From Deltaproteobacteria bacterium (GTDB lineage: Bacteria > Myxococcota_A > UBA9160 > UBA4427): a stretch of DNA of 64,000 nucleotides. Location of the stretch: contig PAQX01000071.1 in assembly GCA_002709835.1 (NCBI GenBank), forward strand, positions 9,077-73,076. The letters are read 5' to 3'. A program made the position numbers and the translations under genes. Below the pieces are notes generated by a model that saw nothing but the letters and a program-made list of their open reading frames with translations, did no database searches and was not told where the DNA came from. Positions 57,352 through 64,000 of the stretch are shown here, piece after piece (positions within the stretch are counted from its first letter, which is position 1; each line of letters starts with the position of its first letter).

Positions 57352-57801
57352 ATGTCCCGAATCCGAACGATCCTCGCGCTTTCGGTGATCGCGCTCTCGA
57401 TGAGCGCTTGCAGCCGCCCTTTCGTATTCTTCCCGGGCGGGCAGCTCGCGGGCGAGGTCGCGCCCCCGCCCGCGGACTGGTCCTTCACCGACGAGATCTC
57501 CACGATCCAGATTGAGACGAACCCCGCGGATCCCTACTCCGTCAACATCTGGGTGCTCGAACTCGAGGGGGCGCTCTACCTCCACGCAGGCGCGAACCGC
57601 GCAGCGTGGGTCGAGCATCTCGAGGCCGATCCGCGACTCCGGATCAAGGTCGATGAAACGATCTACGAGTTGGTCTCGGCGCGGGTGACCGACGCCGATG
57701 AGTTCGCCCGCTTCGCCGAAAAGTATGAAGAGAAGTACGGGGGCCGTCCGCGCAACGAGAACATCGCCGAGATCTACCTGCTCCGGCTGACGAACCGGTA
57801 G
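57352..57801 (+). CDS. Putative lipoprotein, possible split-barrel (DUF2255-like) fold
   Basis: Lipobox 'MSAC'; 'PGG.L.G', 'PYSVNIW', 'W..HL..DP', 'EKY'. Confidence 0.65.
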   Translation: MSRIRTILALSVIALSMSACSRPFVFFPGGQLAGEVAPPPADWSFTDEISTIQIETNPADPYSVNIWVLELEGALYLHAGANRAAWVEHLEADPRLRIKVDETIYELVSARVTDADEFARFAEKYEEKYGGRPRNENIAEIYLLRLTNR

Positions 57802-57811
57802 CGATTCGTCG

Positions 57812-58837
57812 ATGGACCTCGTGGATCTCGAAGCCGAAGCGAAGTCGAAGATCGAAGAAACGTTCTACGACTACATCGCCGGTGGCGCCGAAGACGAGCT
57901 GACCCTCGACGACAACGAGGCGGCGTGGTCGCGACTCAAACTCCGTCCGCGGGTTCTGCGGGATGTCCGGACGATCGACACGTCGACGACGGTGCTCGGG
58001 CGAAGGGTCGCGAGCCCGGTCGCGGTCGCGCCGATGGCGATGCAGCACAAGGCGAACGAGGACGGACCGGTAGCGACGGCGCGGGGCTGCGCGGCGACCG
58101 ACACGCTCTTCTGTATGGGGCTCTTCGGGGCGGGTTCGGCGAAGGACGTCGCCGCGGTGCCCGGCGATGCGCCGAAATGGCTGCAGGTCTACGTCATGGC
58201 GGATCGCGAGCGGAGCGTGGAAGCGATCGCGCGGAGCGCCGATCAGGGTTACCACGCCGTCGTGATCACCGTCGACGTCGCACGGCAGGGCAACCGCCGA
58301 CGCGACGCGCGCAATCGTTGGACCTTTCTTCAGGCGGACGGTCAGGTCGAGGACCCGAACGAGCTCTTCGACCACGCGCTCACCTTCGACGACATCGCAT
58401 GGTTCGTGGAGCGCTCGCCGATCCCTCTCGTCGTGAAGGGGGTGATGCGCGGGGACGATGCACGGGCCTGTGTCGATGCGGGCGCGGCGGGCGTCGTCGT
58501 TTCGAACCACGGGGGGCGACAGCTCGACGGAGCGCTCGCGACGGCGGACGCCCTGGCGGACGTGGTCGAGGGCGTCGAGGGCCGCGGTGAGGTCTACGTC
58601 GATGGCGGGATCCGGCGCGGGCAGCACGCCGTGAAAGCGCTCGCGATGGGGGCGCAGGCCGTCTTCGTCGGGCGCCCTGCCATGTGGGGGCTGATCGTCG
58701 CAGGGCAGCCCGGCGTCGAGGGCGTCATGCGGGGCTTCCAGGATGAGGTCGAGCGGGCGATGGCGCTCTGCGGCGCCCGAACGATCGAGGAACTCGACGC
58801 GAGTCTGCTCGTGCGATCCGGGTCGGCGGGCGCATGA
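57812..58837 (+). CDS. FMN-dependent alpha-hydroxy acid oxidase (glycolate/lactate oxidase family)
   Basis: 'YIAGGA.DE.T', 'WLQVY', 'TVD', 'VVKG', 'SNHGGRQLD', 'DGGIRRG..AVKALA.GA', 'GRP'. Confidence 0.95.
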   Translation: MDLVDLEAEAKSKIEETFYDYIAGGAEDELTLDDNEAAWSRLKLRPRVLRDVRTIDTSTTVLGRRVASPVAVAPMAMQHKANEDGPVATARGCAATDTLFCMGLFGAGSAKDVAAVPGDAPKWLQVYVMADRERSVEAIARSADQGYHAVVITVDVARQGNRRRDARNRWTFLQADGQVEDPNELFDHALTFDDIAWFVERSPIPLVVKGVMRGDDARACVDAGAAGVVVSNHGGRQLDGALATADALADVVEGVEGRGEVYVDGGIRRGQHAVKALAMGAQAVFVGRPAMWGLIVAGQPGVEGVMRGFQDEVERAMALCGARTIEELDASLLVRSGSAGA

Positions 58838-59886
58838 GCGCCGACGCGATCGTCGCCTGCATCCACCATCCGACGACGCCCGATCTCGATCAGCTTCGAG
58901 CGGTCGCGGGGGAGACTTTGCGGCCGCTGGAGGTTCGCGCACTGCCGATCCGGGAGAGCGTGAAGCTCCGGAAGGCGCGTTCGGCGGGCGAAGTCCGTGC
59001 CGATCTCCTGGCGACCGCGCCCGAGCCCGACGCGGCGACTCAGGAAGCGTGGGCGAGGGCCGAGGTGGTCTGCTCGATCGACCTCCCGACCGAGTGGATC
59101 GATGCGATGCCCAACCTGCGACTCGTCCAGGCATATAGCGCCGGCCTCGAGCAGTTCCCGCTCGACGTGCTCGCGGAGAGGGGGATCCGGCTCGTGAACG
59201 CCGCCGGTGCCGGCGCGCCCGCGATCGCCGAATTCGTCTTCGGTCGTCTGGTCGAAGTCTTTCGGAACGTGCGCGAGATCGAATCGATGCAGCGTGCCCG
59301 TGACTTCCACCGCCCGGGTGGCCGGACGCTCGCCGGTAAGACCCTCGGCATCGTCGGGCTGGGGGCGATCGGGTCGGCCGTCGCGCGCCTGGCCCGTGCC
59401 TTCGACATGAAGACGATCGCGACCCGGCGGTCTGCGAGGACCGGAGACACGTCCGAGCAAGTCGATGCTTTGCGAGGGCCGGATGGACTGACCGAGCTGC
59501 TCGCGACGTCGGACGTCGTCGTGCTCAGCGCGCCCGCTTCGCAGGAGACTGCGAACCTGATCGATGCTCGCGCTTTCGCGTTGATGAAGGAGGGTGCGGT
59601 GCTCTGCAACGTCGCGCGGGGATCGCTGGTCGATGAGCCATCCCTGATCGCTGCCCTGGAATCCGGGCGACTCTCGGCGGCGATTCTCGACGTGACGCGG
59701 AAGGAGCCGCTTCCTGCGGACGATCCGCTCTGGGATGCGCCCAATCTCCATCTCTCCCCGCATGCGTCGATCCCGCCGGACGCCTACGACGCCCGACTGC
59801 TCGCGCTCTTTGCGCGGAACCTGCGCGCCTATGCCGCCGGCGAGCCGCTCGAGAACGAGATCGATCTCGGTAGCCGCCGCCCGTGA
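58834..59886 (+). CDS. D-2-hydroxyacid dehydrogenase family protein
   Basis: 'GIVGLGAIG', 'NVARG..VDE', 'LDV...EPLP', 'SPH'. Confidence 0.92.
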   Translation: MSADAIVACIHHPTTPDLDQLRAVAGETLRPLEVRALPIRESVKLRKARSAGEVRADLLATAPEPDAATQEAWARAEVVCSIDLPTEWIDAMPNLRLVQAYSAGLEQFPLDVLAERGIRLVNAAGAGAPAIAEFVFGRLVEVFRNVREIESMQRARDFHRPGGRTLAGKTLGIVGLGAIGSAVARLARAFDMKTIATRRSARTGDTSEQVDALRGPDGLTELLATSDVVVLSAPASQETANLIDARAFALMKEGAVLCNVARGSLVDEPSLIAALESGRLSAAILDVTRKEPLPADDPLWDAPNLHLSPHASIPPDAYDARLLALFARNLRAYAAGEPLENEIDLGSRRP

Positions 59887-61097
59887 CGCTGCGTAGCGCA
59901 CTCGTCGTTCTCGGTTGTCTCCTCTGTCAGATGGGGGCAGGTTTCTTCTACGCGACGCGGGCCCTGTCCGGGGACGTGATCGGGGATCTCGGTTGGACGC
60001 GGACGATGTGGGCGAGCGGGATGTCGCCGATGCTCGTGGTCTCCTCGGTCGGTCAGGCGTTCGTCGGTGCCGCCTGCGCGCGATACGGGGTCCGCCCGGT
60101 GGTGGTGGCCTCGCTGATCTGCCTCGGGGCGGGCGTCGTCCTCTTCGCGTCGATGCAGACGATCGTGCAGTTCTACGGTGCGATGATGCTGATCGCGCTC
60201 GCGAATGCCGGGATCGGCGCCGTGTCGATCGGTAGCGTCCTGACGAAGTGGTTCGCCAAGCGCCGGAGTCTCGCCCTGGGGCTCGCCATGTCGGGGTCGA
60301 ACATCGGTGCGATCGTCTTCCTGGTGGCGCTGGGTGTCGCGATCGACGACGCCGGTTGGCGAGGCACGGCGCTCTACGTCGGATTGGGGGGACTCGCGGT
60401 GATCCTCCCCGCGGCGCTCGTGTTCGTGCGGGACCCCGTGATCGGGGAAGAAGAGGATACGTCGGCAGGATCCGAGAACGAGGCCGGGGGTCCGGACGCC
60501 GACCTGAGTCTGGAGCTGACCTATGGCGAGCTGGTACGTCGCTCGGAGTTCTGGATCCTCTTCTATGCACTCTTCTGCTACGCGCTGGTACAGCTCGGGC
60601 TCTTCGATCAGTTCGTTCTCTACCTGACGGACCTCGGCTATTCGAAGCAGGAGGCATACGGCGCACTCGGCCTTGCGGCGTGGGCGGGGATCGTTGCGAA
60701 GCTCGGGGCGGGCGTGGTCGGTCATTTGGTCCCGCCTCAGGTCGGGTTCCTCGCGAACACCGCGCTGCTGGCGACGAGTCTGGTACTCGTGCCCTTCGCG
60801 ACGAGTCCCATCGTGCTGACGCTCTTCAGCGTCTGCTTCGGATTCGCGACGTCTTCTCGAGACGTCTTTCTGCCCCTCTCGGTCGCCGACGCTTTCGGGA
60901 CGCGCAGCTTCGCCCGGGTCTACGGTCTGATGATGCTCGCGTACGTGCCCGGTGGTGCGCTCGGCCCGATCGTCCTCGCGGAGGCCCATCGCCTCTTCGG
61001 CGACTACCGGCCAGGCTTCGTCGCGTGCATCGGCCTCGTGGCCGTCGCGGCGGCGGCCGTCGCGCACCTCGCCCGGCGGACTGCGCGCTTCACCTAG
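59883..61097 (+). CDS. MFS transporter (OFA/MCT-like)
   Basis: About 12 hydrophobic segments; 'DLGWTR', 'KWF..RR.LALG....G', 'FG...F...YG'. Confidence 0.85.
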   Translation: MTLRSALVVLGCLLCQMGAGFFYATRALSGDVIGDLGWTRTMWASGMSPMLVVSSVGQAFVGAACARYGVRPVVVASLICLGAGVVLFASMQTIVQFYGAMMLIALANAGIGAVSIGSVLTKWFAKRRSLALGLAMSGSNIGAIVFLVALGVAIDDAGWRGTALYVGLGGLAVILPAALVFVRDPVIGEEEDTSAGSENEAGGPDADLSLELTYGELVRRSEFWILFYALFCYALVQLGLFDQFVLYLTDLGYSKQEAYGALGLAAWAGIVAKLGAGVVGHLVPPQVGFLANTALLATSLVLVPFATSPIVLTLFSVCFGFATSSRDVFLPLSVADAFGTRSFARVYGLMMLAYVPGGALGPIVLAEAHRLFGDYRPGFVACIGLVAVAAAAVAHLARRTARFT

Positions 61098-62263
61098 CGT
61101 GAAAGGTGGAGCCGGGTCGGCAGCCGCGCGAATCCGCGATTGGTGTCCGAGGGCAGACGGTCGAGGCCCTCGAGGTCGAGGGCGTAATCCGGTGCACGGG
61201 AGAGCAGGGTCTCGATCCCGACTCGTAGCTCGAGTCGCGCGAGGCTGGCTCCGAGACAGAAATGGATGCCGAAACCGAAGGCGAGATGGTTGTTCGGGGA
61301 GCGCTCGACGTCGAAGCGATCCGGCTCGTCGAAGATACGCGGATCACGGTTCGCTGCGGCGTAGAGCAGGTGCACGCGCGCGCCCTTCGGGATCAGGTGA
61401 CCGTGGATCGGGACGTCCCGGGTCGTGACCCGGGAGAGTCCCTGGACCGGGGAGTCGAAGCGGAGGATCTCCTCGGCCGCCGAAGGGATGAGCGCAGGAT
61501 CCTCGATCAGCCGCCGACGTGCATCTCGGTGGCGTTCGAGCAGGAGCATCGCGTTGCCGAGCGCGGAGGTGGTCGTCTCGGTTCCCGCGACGAGTAGCAG
61601 GAAGCAGAGTCCGAGGAGCTCGTCGTCCGCGAGGGCGCGCCCTTCTTCGGAGCTCGTCAGGAGCAGACTGATCAGGTCGTCTCTGGGTTCGCGCTTGCGC
61701 GCCTCGAAGACCGTCTGCAGATAGTCGGTCAGCTCGCGCTGCGCAGCGAAGAGCGTCTCCGGGTCGGCTCCACTCGAATAGACGATGGCGTCGCCACATC
61801 TCTTGAACATGGGGCGCTGCGCCGCGTCGACGCCCAGGAGCTCGGCCATCACGTAGATCGGAAGTGGATCGGTGAACCCTTCGAAGGCATCGACGGTCGT
61901 GTCTTCAGTGGCGTTCTTCTCCAGCGCGCCGAAGAGATCCTCCGCGAAGCCGCGCACGCGTTCCGCCATGGCATCCATTCGCCTCGGCGTAAAGGCGCGC
62001 ATCACCGCTTTCCGCATCTGCGTGTGGTCCGGCGGGTCGAGGGCGATCAGGGTCGGCTGTTCGGGCTTGAACCCGGAGGGCACGACGCCGTCCGCCGAGG
62101 AGAACGACTCGGGATCCCTGATCGCGGCGAGGACGTCTTCGTGTCGCGAGAGAACCCAGAGGTCTCGATCCGCGACGTAGTGGACCGGGTGCTCCTCGCG
62201 GAGCACGGAATAGACGGGATGCGGATCATCCGCCGTCGCCTGTGCAATCGGGTCGAGGTCCAT
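61094..62263 (-). CDS. Cytochrome P450
   Basis: 'DPPDH...R', 'AGTETT', 'EEILR.DSPV', 'FGFGIHFCLG'. Confidence 0.95.
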   Translation of the reverse strand: MDLDPIAQATADDPHPVYSVLREEHPVHYVADRDLWVLSRHEDVLAAIRDPESFSSADGVVPSGFKPEQPTLIALDPPDHTQMRKAVMRAFTPRRMDAMAERVRGFAEDLFGALEKNATEDTTVDAFEGFTDPLPIYVMAELLGVDAAQRPMFKRCGDAIVYSSGADPETLFAAQRELTDYLQTVFEARKREPRDDLISLLLTSSEEGRALADDELLGLCFLLLVAGTETTTSALGNAMLLLERHRDARRRLIEDPALIPSAAEEILRFDSPVQGLSRVTTRDVPIHGHLIPKGARVHLLYAAANRDPRIFDEPDRFDVERSPNNHLAFGFGIHFCLGASLARLELRVGIETLLSRAPDYALDLEGLDRLPSDTNRGFARLPTRLHLSR

Positions 62264-62392
62264 CGCCGCTTCTCCACATCGGTTCGCGTCTCGTCGTGAA
62301 TCTACCGAGCGTGATCCCGGCAGGCCACGTGGCTCGCCTTTGCGAGGCGGGCGGACGTGATAGGATCGTTCGCCTGCGAAGTAGGAGCTGCG

Positions 62393-63226
62393 ATGCCTGG
62401 AATCGACGATTTCGATGGAAAAACCGCGTTGATCACCGGCGGTGCGGACGGCATCGGCGCCGCTCTTGCGCAGGCGTTTCAAGCCGAGGGCGCGAAGGTC
62501 TTCGTTTCCGATATCCACGAGGAAAATCTGAAAGCGACGGCGCAGCGGCTCGGTTGCCCGAGCGCCCTCTGCGACGTGGCCGACGCCGACGCGGTCGAGG
62601 CGGTGGTCGAACAGGCCTGGAACGAACTCGGTTCAGTCGACCTCGTCTGTGCCAACGCGGGTGTCGCCCTCTTCGGGTCGATCCTCGAGACTCCGCGTGA
62701 AGAGTTCGACTTCTGCTTTGGCGTAAACGTCCACGGGGTCGTGCACACCGTTCGCGCCCAGGCGCGGAAGCTGCGCGAGACCGGGCGGACGGGCACGTTC
62801 CTGTTGACGGGCTCGGAGCACAGCCTGTCGCTTCCCGCCTATCTTCGGCCGGTGCCGATGCACGTCTATACGATGACGAAGCACTCGGTCCTCGCGATCG
62901 GGGAGGGGCTGCGCGCGGAGCTCGGGCCGGAAGGGCACGGCGTTTCGGTGCTTTGTCCGGGGCCGGTGACCAGCGGGCTCGCGGAGAACTCGACGTCCGC
63001 CCGGCCGGATTCGCTGGGAGACCCTCCGAACCTCGACATGTCGAAGATGGAGCCCAAGGCGATCGAGGCGCTGATGACCGCCTACCTTCCGTCGGAGAAG
63101 GCGGCAGCGATTGCTTTGCGCGGTCTTCGCGCCGGGGCGTTCGTGATCCCGACGCATGCATTCCAGAAAGACGACGTGGACGCGCGCTACCAGGAGATGG
63201 TCGCGGGCTTCGACCTGATCGAGTAG
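62393..63226 (+). CDS. Short-chain dehydrogenase/reductase
   Basis: 'ITGGADGIG', 'ANAGV', 'YTMTK'; AGGAG RBS. Confidence 0.92.
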   Translation: MPGIDDFDGKTALITGGADGIGAALAQAFQAEGAKVFVSDIHEENLKATAQRLGCPSALCDVADADAVEAVVEQAWNELGSVDLVCANAGVALFGSILETPREEFDFCFGVNVHGVVHTVRAQARKLRETGRTGTFLLTGSEHSLSLPAYLRPVPMHVYTMTKHSVLAIGEGLRAELGPEGHGVSVLCPGPVTSGLAENSTSARPDSLGDPPNLDMSKMEPKAIEALMTAYLPSEKAAAIALRGLRAGAFVIPTHAFQKDDVDARYQEMVAGFDLIE

Positions 63227-63235
63227 GACACGACC

Positions 63236-64000
63236 ATGGCGATGAAGATCGGACTCTGTTTTCCCTATACCCAGGAATCCCTCGACCGCGACCTGAGCCT
63301 GGAGTGGTTCAAGCGCGTCGACGAAGGTCCCTTCTCGACGCTCTCGTGCGGCGAGCGGATGATCGGGACGAGCGTGGACATGATGGCCCTGATGGGCGCC
63401 GCCGCGGCGGTGACCTCGCGGGTCCGCATCGTGCCGACGCTCTACGTCCTCCCGATGGACCCCGCGGTCAAGGTCGCCAAGCACGCCGCGACCCTCGACT
63501 TGTTGGCGGGCGGGCGGGTCTCGATCACCGTCGGTATCGGCGGCCGTGTCTGGGACTACCAATGCATGGAGAAGGAACCCGTTGCTCGCTATGCGCGGAT
63601 GGACGAGCAGGTCGCGCAGATCCGTCGCGTGTGGGCCGGCGAAATTCCGGTGGAAGGCGGGGAGCCGATCGGTCCCGCGCTGGTCAAGCCGGGGGGGCCG
63701 CCGATCCTCGCTGGCGTGATGGGGCCGAAGGCGACTGCACGCGCCGCGAAGTGGGCGGACGGGGTCTATTCCTGGTCGGGCAACGGCAACGGCGAGGAGA
63801 TGAGGGTTCAGCAGGCGCGAGTCGTCGAAGAGTGGGAGAAGGCGGGCCGGGACACGGCCCCCGAACGCGTGGCGGGTTTCTGGTGCGCGAGCGGTCCGAA
63901 CGCCGACGAGAACCTGAAGAACTACGTCTACAAATACATCAAGGTGCTCGGCGAGGGACCCGCGAAGGCCATGGCGGGCATGGTCGACCGCTCGACGCCG
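63236..64000 (+). CDS. LLM-class flavin-dependent oxidoreductase, 3'-truncated by the window edge
   Basis: MAMKIGLCFPY...'VDEGPFSTLSCGER', 'AAAAVTSRVRI', 'AK..ATLD.LAGGR', 'GPKA.ARAAKWADG'; open to the window end. Confidence 0.85.
   Translation, partial: MAMKIGLCFPYTQESLDRDLSLEWFKRVDEGPFSTLSCGERMIGTSVDMMALMGAAAAVTSRVRIVPTLYVLPMDPAVKVAKHAATLDLLAGGRVSITVGIGGRVWDYQCMEKEPVARYARMDEQVAQIRRVWAGEIPVEGGEPIGPALVKPGGPPILAGVMGPKATARAAKWADGVYSWSGNGNGEEMRVQQARVVEEWEKAGRDTAPERVAGFWCASGPNADENLKNYVYKYIKVLGEGPAKAMAGMVDRSTP

Noticed and set aside
1-64000. Mobile elements, prophage, defence systems, rRNA/tRNA (including selC)
   Set aside because: No transposase, integrase, phage, cas or structural RNA signatures were recognised by eye; a covariance-model scan would be needed to exclude small RNAs.

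Overview
A GC-rich, gene-dense bacterial chromosomal window. It is probably from a diderm (PEP-CTERM protein, RND pump, lipoproteins), and the gene style suggests Myxococcota/deltaproteobacterial, which is inference only. Catabolic and redox enzymes dominate: five cytochromes P450, an extradiol dioxygenase, VOC, SDR, LLM, OYE and TauD enzymes, three class III CoA-transferases including a divergent oxc/frc-like pair, hydantoinase A/B, and several transporters. There is also an nhaR / beta-carbonic anhydrase / SulP cassette. The main hidden signal is two selenoprotein genes that the ORF track splits at in-frame UGA codons, each followed by a SECIS-like hairpin: (1) a UGSC-motif protein (29402-28869) coupled to a conserved partner of unknown function, and (2) a UPPC peroxiredoxin-like domain fused to a DsbD-N-like domain (50650-49415). 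Other observations: a CTG-started symporter, a deletion scar joining two pseudogenes, an AKR-FeS protein with an internal Tat motif, an unannotated 59-aa lipoprotein, and recurrent leaderless-type promoters. No rRNA, tRNA, CRISPR or mobile element was recognised. All calls are from reading motifs by eye; no database searches were run.
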